A stretch of 64,000 bases of DNA. Source: Nitrospirales bacterium. GTDB taxonomy: Bacteria > Nitrospirota > Nitrospiria > Nitrospirales > UBA8639. The stretch is from contig CBDBCZ010000017.1 of the NCBI GenBank assembly GCA_965203295.1, positions 1,632,001 to 1,696,000 on the forward strand, given 5' to 3'. The position numbers and the translations under genes were made by a program. The first letter of the stretch is position 1. Each line of letters begins with the position of its first letter. This document shows positions 1 to 11,954 of this stretch, in pieces. A model generated the notes under the pieces. That model searched no databases. It had not been told where the DNA came from and saw only the letters and a program-made list of their open reading frames with translations.

Positions 1-484
1 AATTTTCTCCGTAATTGAAGGCTGAAAATTTTAGGGGCAAGCGTGTGTGTAAGCCCCCTGTTGATGCGAATTGAGATTGCTGTGTGTGTGTGTTCGACGT
101 TCTCTATCGGAAATTGACAGAGTTCACTGATGCATAACTCCAGAGCATAATAATCACGATTACCTAATAATACCGTTTGCACAACCATCCATACTCTTCT
201 TTCCATTGATAAAGGACAGAAACAGCTACATAGGTTATAAGAAAAACACTTAAAGAACATGTAAGGATGGAATCCATAAAAAACAACCAATCATGGTACC
301 GAAATTCTTTTACAGATTACTACATCTTTGGACATTTTTCAACCCCCCACACACCACATGCCGTCCACTACTAGCCTTGATTTCCCCTCACAAGTTGGAG
401 AAATACGTTCTGAAGCTTACATTGCCATGCCAACCTGTTTCCAACCTCAGGCTCTGTGAGAAGCTCAGCAACACCGGAGTGAGT

Positions 485-576
485 GAGATCAAAGACTTCG
501 AGCGTCGGCCGAGATCATGACCGGCTACGTCACAACATGCTACTGGAGGGCACCTGAGATCATGCTGAACTGGATG
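485..576 (+). pseudogene. p38 MAPK pseudo-exon fragment
   Basis: [20 protein letters not shown] at 517-576. Confidence 0.8.
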
Positions 577-2141
577 TGCTGTGGTTAGTGTCTTGGTAGA
601 GGGGGTCACCAGGGTGGGCCTTTGTTAGATCTCATTAGTGGCCAGTCAAACATGCTAGTTGTGAGTAGTGTAACAGTGAGTGTCTAGGGAGTTGGCAGCA
701 TTCCTTAGGCTACATGTAATTGTACATGCTAGCAGGAATACACTGTCTCACTTTACAAATGGACTGCTGTCTTGTAGTCTTAACTCTGGTTTACATGTAC
801 TAGTAGTTGTGCTCGCTTTGCTCGCGCAACTACTTGGGCTTGTTGAACTCGCTCGCTCTATACAGATAGAAATGAAAAGAAGTGTCACCTCTAGTGACTT
901 GTATGGAACATTTTGCATAATTATTGCAAGGCCCGCAATAGTGCTACTGACTGAACCACGTACATGTAGAGGCAGCTCCACGTTCAATCTTCAACTTTGC
1001 GTTAAAAATCTCCACTATAGCTAGTGTAGCTGACTGATTCCTGCCTGAGCCATGTGGAGGTAGTAACTCAAAGGACAAACTGCAAACAACTGCAGAAGGA
1101 GAGACTGCAAACAACTGCAAAGCATAACAGGAAAGCTAAGACCGAAGCCTAGCCGTAAGTGCACTGTACTAGCTCGACCCTTAGTGGATACACTTTCACA
1201 GTCATCACCACTTTTGTTGCTGAGTGTTGGGTTAGGTGGGTAGCTACTAACAGTCCTTGAAACAGGCTTGCTATTTTAGGCTTTTGCTAGCTGCAGCTCT
1301 GGGCGGTAGGACAAGCTTCATGTGCACATGTAGGTAACAGCAGGCTCAATGAATGGATATACCGGTAGGCATGGTACATGTATGCCATGTTCAGAATGTA
1401 TGCCCAAACCGTGCCTTACCTTCAGAAACAGACTCAGGCTGCTCCCAGAGACTTATCTTCAGCCCTGAGCTATATATCACTTTTGATATCACTGGAAGCA
1501 AATGCTTGACAGTCAAGAGTCACAGGCGGCCTTGTCAGGGTTACTGAACACTGTAGGTCATTTTACTACATGGCCATGACCTTCTGTGTCAAGCCATCCA
1601 CAAGCTGACAGACTGTAGCACGTGCTTGTGCATAATAGTAATGGAGCTACCGAAGAAAGTATAAATCTTTCGCATGGGAGCTTCTTGCTCCTACTCTCTT
1701 CCACTTTTCATGCGCTCCTGCAGCAGCCCATATTCAACTGGCGGTACTAGTGTTACAGTCGTTTGCTAGTGCTATTTGTGTCCCTGCTAGATAGGCTGAA
1801 GGAGCAAACTGCTTCTGATATTGCCTAAAAGACAATGAACCTGCCTCACATCGACTAGCAATGTAGTGTAAAGAGGAGTCATGTTGTTGAGGTCTCAGGT
1901 GTAGTCTGGAACGTTGCTGAGTAGCATTATAGCCACATCCCCTAGTCAGGTCTCAAGCAGCTTTCCACCTCGTGTCATTCTTCCACCTACTGCACAATGG
2001 GCTAGCCTCGTTCCCAGGCTACAATGGGCTCCATTTGCCATGACACTATGTATTGCTGTGCAGCTGTAGTGACATTGTAAGGATCAATTTGTGAATTACT
2101 AATCATAGGAAGTGTCCTATGAGTTCATTAGTAGCTGCTAG

Positions 2142-2263
2142 ACCCACAAGTGTTTTCTCAGTGACTGGGTTTATAAGGAGCAAGCTGCAGCAGAGATTTG
2201 GGATGGCTGATGCACCAAAGTGCATGAAGTAATGCACACAATTTTTGGAGAGCCAAAAGGCTC
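2142..2263 (+). ncRNA. Putative Sm-class small RNA gene cassette #1 (subfamily C), from PSE-like box to 3' hairpin
   Basis: ACCCACAAGT 2142; TTTATAAGGAG 2170; internal hairpin ATGCAC-CAAA-GTGCAT; AATTTTTGG 2240-2248; hairpin GAGCC-AAAA-GGCTC 2250-2263. Confidence 0.6.
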
Positions 2264-3416
2264 AACTCAGTCCCTTAGAAAGTAAACTCATTATCATGAA
2301 GTAGATGTAGGGATGGCGTTTGTAAAGCATTGTGGTGCTGTTTTGTTTCTTTGGAGATTCCATCCCTGCATGTTGTTTTTTTTTTCAAATGGCTTATTCA
2401 TTGGGTGAGAGAAGAGGTAGATGGCTATGTAGATGTAGGATGTGATGGTAGAATTTGCTCATGGGAGGAACTTGAAGCCGATGTAATCAGGTAATGTCAC
2501 TGCAAGCTGTTACCGGGCACAATCATCTACTCACTACCCATGAACTGTCTATGAAATGTGTATATAATGTAATTGTAAGTGACAAAGTATCGGCACTTTC
2601 CTATTATCGGCGCCACACTGACTGATTATGGGAAATAGGCATGTGTGCACACAAGAAGTCTGCCTTGGAGTTCTTGGGAAACAAGCCTGCATGATTCTAA
2701 ATGCTAGGACAGAAAACACTACAAGGACCCAAGGACTTGTAAACCCATTTGCTGAGGTGTATGCTCTGTCTACAATGCCTTGGAACATGATCAGGCTATT
2801 CACAAATTTTATGTAGCAATGTTATTCATTGTATAATTATTATCTCGTGAACTGCTCGGGAGAGGCAAGCAAATGGAGCTAATATTAGCTCACTGTGACG
2901 GTTATCATCCACACACTGGGGAGTGGCACTTTCGGATCGTGTGCCAATGTTGTCAAACAGTATTGGCATATAGCCTCATTTCCACACCCTATCTTGTATA
3001 TCTCGCAGCGGTGGGGAAAAAGCGAGGGGGAAGGCCTGGTACCACTTATCACATGCTGTGATGTAGGGTAGACTTATATGCCCATGCAACAGTACTTACA
3101 TGCCCACTTAATAATTCAAAATTGGCATTTGTTAAGCACAGAACAACAGAAATGGCACCACCGAGGCCTGTTGACTGAGGAAGATGATCCTTCGGGCAGC
3201 GATAAGCCCACACTCATGGCAGCTAGATAAAAGGTAGGAGCATCTCTCACTGTCATGGCCTCTCACCTGCCATCAGGCCTTCTAGAACGGTCCCTTTCAG
3301 CCGTGAACAGTTGGAACTTACACAAATCGCTACCCAAAGGATTGTTTATCTCAGTCAACAGCCCTCAGTTTCAATTTGCAGTCATTCTGTGCTCAACGGA
3401 TGCCGTTTTTCATTTA

Positions 3417-3816
3417 CCACATAGCGCTTAAATTTGGTGGGTCTAAAAATAGCGAATAGCTAAATAATTTGCAAATTCATTAAACACGTACTACTGAATT
3501 TATGGGTGGGGTGTAACCGGGTGTACTGCACACAGACAGTAGCGTAGTAGTGAGTGGTGGCTAGCACTCCATGCTCCGCTGCTTGATGTCCAATTTCGGC
3601 CTTCTTCTCTATGCTCATTTTCAAGTATGCTCCCTGACCTTCGCGCTGGCAGATAGCAGTGATTTGCCTGTTTGCTGCAGAAATCGCGGACGAGGGCACT
3701 TGAAGTACCGAAACAGAAACATCTGTGTAAAGTCGAAAGCGTCAAAATTAAAAATAATTTTGCGGATTCACGAAATTTGTGAAATTAAAGACCTGTGAAA
3801 TTTAAGCGCTATGCAG
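3417..3816 (-). mobile_element. pogo/Tc1-type MITE with a transposase N-terminal HTH remnant (duplicate at 18763-19162)
   Basis: TA-flanked TIRs ..ATAGCGCTTAAATTT/AAATTTAAGCGCTAT..; residual peptide AYLKMSIEKKAEIGHQAAEHGVLAT resembles a pogo-type DNA-binding N-terminus. Confidence 0.65.
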
Positions 3817-5199
3817 TAGTGCATGGGCATGTAAGTACCATTGTGTGGCCATAGTGGACCGAAGTGCGTATGTGTGGAATGGTGACCGTACAGATTGCTA
3901 AGAGAGATCTGAGCCCAAATACTGACCTCACTCTGCTTCACATCACTCAGTAGTAATTGGTTCTCTCCATTGCTGTAATTAGTTGTTCCCACATGACCTG
4001 TTCATTGCATATTTCCTCTCCCCCACCCTCACAAAAAAAGCAAATAAATGTTTTCAGCAGATACATGCCCCATGCTCCTGGACTCTGCTTGGCAGCGTGA
4101 AAGACAAGTATATCGTGTTCATGTACTGCCGCAGGGCGTGACTGATCACCGCAGTAAAGGTACAGACACTTCTCTATGTATACTCCACTATGAACACATG
4201 TCAAGTGACCGCGTGTGCCTGGCCTCTGCCTTATTGGAGTTCTTCACCGTATTAAAATGGTAGACCTTACCGATATTGAATAAGATAGAGCTGGCTAGAA
4301 CCCTTAGGTCACTGTCAGGACACACACACACCTCGATTTTTTTATTTCTTTGGTTACATCCTGTTTTAAAATTGTTAGAGCCTCTAAATCGAAAATTTTT
4401 TAAGGACAGCTGTACAACAACAGCAGATTGCTCAACCCCACTGGTGTATATGGGTGCAGGGTAAAGAATGAAATAAGAAGAGGGAGAGTCTTGCACAAAT
4501 TTAGCTTTAAACTGCAGCCTTCACTGTTGAATATTCAGTTAGCTGACTACTTTCTAAGTCCCATCTACCTTCACAGACATTGGGGCTCAGGGTAGAGAGA
4601 ACACTTATTAGATCTTGTGCGTACATGTAGATCACATTGGCTAGATTGCTACCCAGAATTGGTTTGTAGTATGGAAAGAAGACAAATAATATGTGTGGAC
4701 TCTAGCCACCCCCCCCCCCCCTCCATGGCAAGTTCATGCTTACCCCCCCCCCGCTGTATAACTACCCGACATTCCTCAATTCATACCAAAGTCCTTTTGT
4801 CCAAATTTTTCCCCATGGCTACAGTATGAGGTGAAAGGCCTCGGTGTGAGGTTTACTTTAATGCTGTTCATTGAGAATTCCATGGCAAGTTCATGCTTAC
4901 ATGCATGTGTGAGTCTCTAAACTTTATGTCCGAGACGTTTTATTAACATCATCAGAAAGCATAGCTAATTGGATTCCACTATTAGTGTACATGACCGCTT
5001 CCAACCTCCTCTGGAGGCATTAACTCGTGTAAGATCATGCTTACATGTGAATCTCAAAACTTTATGCTGACCAAAACCGGAACTAGTAGTATTTGCACCA
5101 GAGCTGCAGTCTCCACTGTACAATGTAGGGCCATAATATGGCTGCAGAGCAGTTAATGGTATTTATGCACTGTAATGGATAATATTGAGAGTTTTAGCA

Positions 5200-5322
5200 A
5201 CCCACAAGTATTTTGAGCAAGTGCTGCATATATAAGGAGGAAACCTGACTCCTTGTTCTGTCCAAGGTGTCTCCTTTTTGAAATCAGCAATCTTACAATT
5301 TTTGGGGGCCTGTGATGGGCCT
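5200..5322 (+). ncRNA. Putative Sm-class small RNA gene cassette #2 (subfamily A)
   Basis: upstream TATTTATGCAC box; ACCCACAAGT 5200; TATATAAGGAG 5229; AATTTTTGG 5297-5305; hairpin GGCCTG-TGA-TGGGCC. Confidence 0.6.
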
Positions 5323-5473
5323 ATATGTGGCACCTAACCTGTTTATGTAGTCTCCAGTGGCTACACTGCGTGTAGTGGCGCTGTTGGAATTTTCCTTACA
5401 GATGTTAGCATGCTTGTGGTGTGTGTGTGCTGTTGGCAGGTTGTAGGGATGGTAGTGGTAATCCATGAAAGTT

Positions 5474-5808
5474 ATATTTGTACCATGGGTTTCAAGGTGT
5501 ATGGGATTTGTACCCGAGGGCAGTTGTATGTCTTCCCGAGGGCGAAGCCCGAGGGAAGACATACAACTGCACGAGGGTACAAATCCCATACACCTTAGAA
5601 ACCCATGGTACAGATGACTTGTGCCATAGTAGCTTTTATAGTGCCCGCTAATTGTTTCACAGTTTTGAGAAGAAGCCACAGTTGCCCAGCAACCCTCATG
5701 TACCCTAGGGTACATAGATGTACCCTGGCTTGAAAGGCACCGCCTAGTACATGGGGTTTGTACACTATGGCGGTGCCTTTCAAGTGACTGACAACTATGG
5801 TACAAGTT
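5474..5808 (+). mobile_element. Hairpin-type non-autonomous insertion (unclassified)
   Basis: Absent from the duplicate (single AAGTT at 21577-21581); flanked by AAGTT direct repeat; 134-nt hairpin 5479-5612 with GCGAAGC loop. Confidence 0.75.
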
Positions 5809-7025
5809 CTGTTGTGTCATTACCCTGTACCGTGTATACGTGAGTGGGGTTAAGTAATCAGTTTTGTCCATCTGTCGTCATCATCTGTCACAAAAAAAAA
5901 CAACTTTCGAACGGGAGATTGAGATGCTATAATAATTACAAAGCAGGATGTAATAATTGAAATCCAACGAGTGTGTCCCTGACAATAACCAAAACGATTC
6001 TTGTCTCCGTATGTCCAACTTTTTCTTATTCAACATCGGTAAGGTCCGCCATTTTAGTATGAACAAGATTTTGAATATGACAGAGGCCAGCGTATGCAGA
6101 CTCTTGACACGTGTCCATACTAGAGTATACGTAGAGAAGCACCCATGTCATTGCTATATCAGTCACGCTTACCACTCATATACGGCGTTACATGAGCACG
6201 GTATACGGGTCCACATGCTGTTTTCAGTCTGCAGAGTTCAGGAGCGTGGGATATGTTTCTGCTAGAGACTTCTAGTTCTTACCTTATTTTTAGGGATCTC
6301 ATCCTGACTTGCTCTTCATTGATCTTTTCTGTGTAATGTGGTGCTGATGCTAACTTGTTTTGGTAGTTTTTCAAGACCGTACATACACTAGCTCAGATTC
6401 AACTACCACGCCACAACACTACTTACCTCATACTAAGAGGTGGTCGACAATGAAATCTTGATTAATGTCTCGCTCTCACATAGGCTGTGTGAGTGTTAGA
6501 GGTCTCCATCTATTAACTTATAAGCTAAATGTTTTGGCCGAACCCTGTGGCAACTGGGGCAAGCATTGCGCGAGACCTAGGCCGGCAGTATCGTGAGACA
6601 CGTACAGAGCTGCAGCCCAGGATACTGTAGGCTAGGCCAGTGAGGGCTCAGGGAACCATGGATGCAGGCTCAAGGAGTCTTGTGAATAGGTTGAGAGGCT
6701 GGAGGCTCAAGGAGCCTTGTGAATAGGTTTGGGTTGACTTAGTCCATAGTCGTTCAATCACTGCAACTGACATGTTTGAGATTGCGCAATCGTGCAATTG
6801 GTGCCTTGCGCATGTGTAATGGCTAATAACTGTCTGCTCACGCTAAAATAGTTCATAGTTTGTAATGGCCTAGAAACCATACTAGTGGCATCTCACTTGA
6901 TGATCTGTTAATTAATTAATACAGCAATCTCTGCAGTGTGTTTTGTGGCTATCACAGTCTGGGTGTGCATATGGTTTTCAGGATGGCTGGAAAGAATTTG
7001 GACATTCAGGAAGTGCATAGTAACA

Positions 7026-7150
7026 TTCTTAATTGGTTGGCGTACATCTGACTAGTATCAGAAGGTCCTGGGTTCAATCCCCACCTGGGTCCTGATTTTT
7101 CGGGATTTCGTTACTCTCTCAGAAAGCTTATCATCTCACAGAGGTTTGCA
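7026..7150 (+). mobile_element. tRNA-Thr(AGT)-derived SINE, 5'-truncated (duplicate at 23002-23126)
   Basis: CTGA-CT-AGT-AT-CAG anticodon arm, B-box GGTTCAATCC, non-tRNA tail shared with 61478-61611. Confidence 0.7.
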
Positions 7151-7159
7151 GTGTACATA

Positions 7160-8150
7160 TCAAAACACATAATTTATTAATGAAAATAGTCGAAATTTGT
7201 TTAAAGTGTGATAGTATGTACCATCAGCCAGAGAAGAAAACAAGAACACTGTGTGTTCAGAACCCTCGGTGCTGTACTTGAGAGTTAATGAACATTACCT
7301 ACGCGGTGGATTTGATGAAGCTTGGTTTGAATCTTTTTGAATCGTGTTCTGTTGCACTTTAATTAAGTGTTGTGAGTTATTGATACTTTGGTTGTTTTAG
7401 TTTCATTGCCCCTTTTAGCTACTTTAGACTCTATGTCATCTTTTCTACGTTTGGCTTTCTCTTCAGAAGTTTCAATTGCCCTCTTACGCTTAGCTTTCTC
7501 TTCACCAGTTTCATTGTACCTCTTAGCTACTATTTGCTCTTTAACATGCTTCCTGCAGTTTAATGCATGAATTTCTGCTTCTAAGGCTCTCAAGTCTGCT
7601 CGTTTTTCAAGCTTCCTACTCTTGCTAATTTGAGTTGTTCGTCTCAGTACAAACACATGTCCACAATCACAACATACTTTTCTAATGTGAATAGCAGCAA
7701 GACACTTTGGGCGAACTTTTGCGGCATTATACCATGTAAAATACAATGACCAAAGTATCAATAGCTCACGGCACTTCAAGTGCAAGACAATCACAGAACA
7801 TGATTCAAAGAGATTCAAACCGAAATCCACCGCGTGGGGAATGTGTAGATATCTAAATAACGCACAATATGGCATGGCCTTAATTACTTGCAGTAACGCA
7901 TTATTAAATGGCCGGCCGCTCGTAGCAGCAAGAACGCAAGTGTTGCTGTATCTCAGCAACTGCAGCTTGTTGTACAAAATCGCACATCTATCCTCGAGAC
8001 AATATCGATTGCCTAAATTCAGCACCTTCAGCTGGACAACTGGACAACTGGACGTGTTCTTCACATTTCGGTGGGACAAAGTCAGTTGAAACAGACACGC
8101 AAAACGACTACCGTAATTACCGCTCGCACGCGCTCACGCGCCGAGGGTTG
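7160..8150 (-). mobile_element. Helentron-derived element with a decayed N-terminal ORF remnant (duplicate ~23130-24120)
   Basis: Minus-strand start AACCCTCGGCGCG..GCGAGCGGTAATTACGGTAGTCGTTTTGCGTGTCTG resembles HINE/Helentron ends; ORF 7363-8079 has a Cys cluster and ET.EEKAKR repeats reminiscent of Helitron N-terminal repeats. Confidence 0.45.
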
Positions 8151-8239
8151 ACTAGTACACTTGACTGAACAATGATGCACTCCAGGCTTATCGGCAGATA
8201 TAACTGTATTCATGCAACTTAATTGCTAACTATTGACAA

Positions 8240-8349
8240 CCCCACAAGTGTTTTGAGCAATGCTGCCTGTATAAGATGGGAGTTGCATGTAACAATGTTC
8301 TTTTTTTGTGTGGGATATACAATTTTTGGAAGGCCTAATTAAAGGGCCT
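8240..8349 (+). ncRNA. Putative Sm-class small RNA gene cassette #3 (subfamily A)
   Basis: TATTCATGCAACTTAATTGCTAA upstream; CCCCACAAGT 8240; TGTATAAG 8268; AATTTTTGG 8321-8329; hairpin AGGCCT-AATTAAA-GGGCCT. Confidence 0.55.
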
Positions 8350-8598
8350 ACAACTGTTAATGAGATTGAAAGGTGACTGCACTGTTGCAGTGTGGAGCAC
8401 ACAGTGCTGTATTTTTAGTTGCCTGCATTTTTCGCTCTTTAATGTCTAAAGTACCTGCTAGAAGTGGATAACAGAATCCAATAGCACATGTGCAATGTAA
8501 AAATATTTGGAAATTCACATTAGATTGACCAGAGTTGCCGCCTTCATACGGGATAGATGCAAGGGTATTTATACATCTTAATTAGGAGGCTTTCTAAC

Positions 8599-8633
8599 GC
8601 CCACAAGTTTTTTGAGCAGTACTACCTTTATAG
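8599..8633 (+). promoter_or_regulatory. Relic cassette #4: PSE-like box + TATA only
   Basis: GCCCACAAGT...TTTATAG at the usual spacing; downstream sequence is an unrelated repeat with no Sm site. Confidence 0.4.
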
Positions 8634-9084
8634 ATTCTCTCCATTGCAAAGATTCTGTAATTAAATGCTCCCAAATGATCTGGCCACCCCCCCCCCCCCT
8701 TTTCCGCCTTAGGACCTAAAGCCAGGAGTGAGTGAGAACTGAGACCTGGAGTGACTCATCATTGATTAGAGGGGAACATTTTAAGGTACATGTACCTTGC
8801 TCGTCCATTTTTTAAACTAGCTCTCAGAATAAAGATGCTGATTTAGGTGATTTTTCAAGTTTGGTATCTTGCAGAAGTCATAAGACCTTTGGGCTATCAC
8901 TATAATCAAAAATAGAGACCAAAGTTTATGTTGGTCGGCCAGCACAACTACCATGTAATGAGGTGTGCTGCCAAGCACCTCACTGTTGCAGTAGCACGCT
9001 TGACGTAGAGGAAGGATCTGCTTAATATAGCCTTGACAAGTAATATAACTTTATTCATGCACCTTAATTACTAATTACTGACAA

Positions 9085-9198
9085 ACCCACAAGTGGTTTA
9101 AGCAATGCTGCCTTTATAAGGAGGAGCTGCACACAGTTGTGTGCTCATGTTCAATCTTTTGGTTACTACAATTTTTGGGAGGCCTAATTAAAGGGCTT
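9085..9198 (+). ncRNA. Putative Sm-class small RNA gene cassette #5 (subfamily A)
   Basis: TATTCATGCACCTTAATT upstream; ACCCACAAGT 9085; TTTATAAGGAG 9113; AATTTTTGG 9170-9178; hairpin AGGCCT...GGGCTT. Confidence 0.6.
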
Positions 9199-9319
9199 AT
9201 AGGTCACTGCAATATGAATGTACTGGTCCAGTGTAGGTCACAGGAGCACACTGCCATATCATGTATAGCTTTGTACTTGCTCGAAAGCCTCCACTGTGCT
9301 TCAAGGTGTGTATATTACT

Positions 9320-11075
9320 ACATCAGCTGTTTTAAATGCTCATAGCTTTACAAACAACAAACAGCCTTGGAGTGCAGCAAGCCACCCTTGCTTGGTAAAA
9401 GCACCATGTTTTATATCATTGTGCTAAAGACAGATCAAATCCCCTAATACCATTGTCTCTAATTGTGATGTTATCTAACCTTGGCGGTGTTACTAGGTGA
9501 ATGCGGGGCATTGTGGGGAGAGCATGAGCAAGCCTTATTGGAGTTAGCAAGTGAGACTGCACGAGCTAGCTACGTTTTGTAGAGACTGAGAGAGTTTGGT
9601 TACTATATATACTCAGTTTGGTACTCAAAGTACACCCTCTTGGTAGAAATTAACCAGTGGTGTCAGTACCCGTGATGTATCAGTGACTATATTGATCATC
9701 TGCAGGCTATTGTGATTTGCTGAGATATCGAAACATGCCCTAGCACTAGCAGTATAAGTACATCAGTCCTGTCCGAGCCTGGGACTCCTGATTTGGAGGA
9801 GTTCTACTCTATAGCTCTGCTGACTGCAGCTGTCCTGAATCAGATATTATAGTATGCCAGGAGAGGTCTGAGGTGTCAGTGGCACCTCCTCCTCCTCCTC
9901 CCTGAGGACCCAGCAACAGCCTGCTGGAGCAACACATACCCCACCCATCACACAGTGTGTACTGGTTGTCTGGCTGTTGGGACCTTGCTTTACTTTTCTC
10001 GGGGGGGGGGGGGGGGGGGCATTGTTTCTTCATTTTAGAGTGCTAGGTGCCCGTACATAGAGCCTTTTGGCTGAGGTGTGTTCCACCCCAACCTGGCTAC
10101 TCTTCATGCAGTGGAAATGATCAATGTCAGCTCTGACATTACACCTTTAAGCTGAGTCACTATACTATCCTATCCTTGGTAAATTATTGTAAACTGCATG
10201 GGGAAGGCCCATCAAATGGTAGTAAGAGCTCACTATGACAATACCACCCACAAAATGGGGATCTTCCTGAATTCACGCTTTCAGATTGTGTAGCAATATA
10301 GACAAATGACAGTTTGGTAGTTTACGTTAATATTGGTAGCCAAATTCTTGTCATACTCTACTGTATAGCACTTAAATTTGGTGGGTCTAAAAATTCGCAA
10401 ATAGCCGTTTTTGAACATTTCGTTAAAATAATTTCACGAGTTCGTTCGCCACACCCACGTACTAATGAATTTATAGGCTGAGTTACTGTGCACACAGATT
10501 TAAAGGAAGCTTAAGTAGTGAATGGTGGCTAGCACTCCACGCTTCGCCGCTCGTTTTCCAAGTTTAGCCTTCTTCGCGCTCGTTTTCAGGTATGCTCTCC
10601 TGACCTTCGCGCAGGCAGACGGCTGAAGTACAGCGACTTCGCTGTTTGCCGCAGAAATCGCGGACGAGGGCACTTGTTTGGAGAGCGCTCTGGCAACTTG
10701 GACCCCGGATACTACTGCCCATCCACTCTCTTGAAATACCAAAAACATAGGCAGTACATGTATAATTATGTCTATGCACATGCACTCTACTATCTATCTA
10801 TGCATACTAGCGGAAGTATAAAAAATTTTGTTGAAATAATTTTTGCGAATCGCTCCAAATTCACAAAATTCGTGAAATTAAAGACCCACTAAATTTACGC
10901 TCTATACGGTATTATGTCGGGCTAGGTGTGTACTAACTAACCTATCTTCTTAAGATATTGGGCCAGCATACACTTTCTACAACTGGTGCCCTGAGAGTGA
11001 GCTGTAACCATAGTAATTGCATTCTGGGTGAATTAATGTATGTATTAGTATTAAACCCACAAGTGCCTTGCCCAC
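9320..11075 (+). repeat. Diverged segmental duplicate of ~59805-61870
   Basis: Shared colinear blocks (e.g. ORFs 9809-10033 and 60169-60411), with different insertions in each copy. Confidence 0.85.
10361..10909 (-). mobile_element. pogo/Tc1-type MITE, same family as 3417-3816
   Basis: TA|CTGTATAGCACTTAAATTT ... AAATTTACGCTCTATACGG|TA; empty paralogous site at ~50585-50598. Confidence 0.75.
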
Positions 11076-11104
11076 AGTAAGCAAGGCACTTGTGGGTTTG
11101 ATAC
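11048..11104. repeat. Relic cassette #6 (subfamily B) converted to a fold-back of its PSE-like box
   Basis: AAACCCACAAGTGCCTTGC (11053-11071), 9-nt spacer, exact reverse complement (11081-11099); subfamily-B upstream box GTAATTGCATTCTGGGTGAATTAATG present. Confidence 0.75.
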
Positions 11105-11165
11105 CAGCTAACTGGTTTCATAAGTCAATCTACTTTCTGGAGTTTAGGAGAGGACACTAAGTAAT

Positions 11166-11954
11166 AGTTAGTGCACCCCGACGAGGGCTCTAACCAACAT
11201 TATTGACCGAGGAAAGTAATTTTCCCCGAGGGGGGTCGAGGGCTTTGCCCGAGACCTTCCGAGGAAAAATTACTTTCCGAGGTCAATAATGGAGGTTGAG
11301 CCCGAGTATTTGGGTGCACTAACTGACTTAGATTATAGTTCGCTCCTGTATTTTGTAAAAAATTAGCAATACAACACTACAACAAGCAATGCATGTACAC
11401 AGGAATAAATAATAATACTGCTACAGTGTTCGTTAGGAGCCTTGCATGGGCTGGCTACGTAAGGCTACAGTGTTCGAAGGTAGTCTTGAGGGCTAGTTCG
11501 GCGATAGCTGTACATGTCTTGCAAGATGCGTGTTCAGAGAGTGAGCCACTTGAGTGAAGGCGCTGATTGAAGAAGAGTCTCTGGGTTTTGTAGCGCTCTT
11601 GGAACGTCCCTGGAGACGCTGCAAACACTGTGGGCCGAACGCGTTGGCCTTGACTGGCACATGGCAACAGCTTCAGCGATGTTAATTCACTCTTCAGCAC
11701 AACGCAAACACTGTTTAGTCAATTCGAGCTCTTCTGTGCCGTCCACTACCTCCACTCGCATTAGCGTACTCCTCTCCATGCTGAATATTGAAGCGACTGT
11801 GAGCATGACAACGGCTGAACGATTTTATACGCGTTGCTACGCCACCGAGGTTGCTAGGCACGCGTTCGTGCACGTGCACGCGCGTGCTTTAACCTACATT
11901 ATTGACCTCATTTCTAGCGATTTGATTGGCTAGTACGCTACTACTATAATCTAA
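11166..11954 (+). mobile_element. Hairpin-type non-autonomous element (unclassified)
   Basis: ~160-nt hairpin 11166-11324 with CGAG/CGAG internal mismatches; second inverted repeat TTAGATTATAGT (11328) / ACTATAATCTAA (11943). Confidence 0.6.

Larger units (their letters stand above)
1..8240 (+). repeat. Segmental duplication copy 1 (paralog 15751-24212; begins before the window)
   Basis: Colinear high-identity match at ~15.75-kb offset, with copy-specific indels. Confidence 0.95.
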
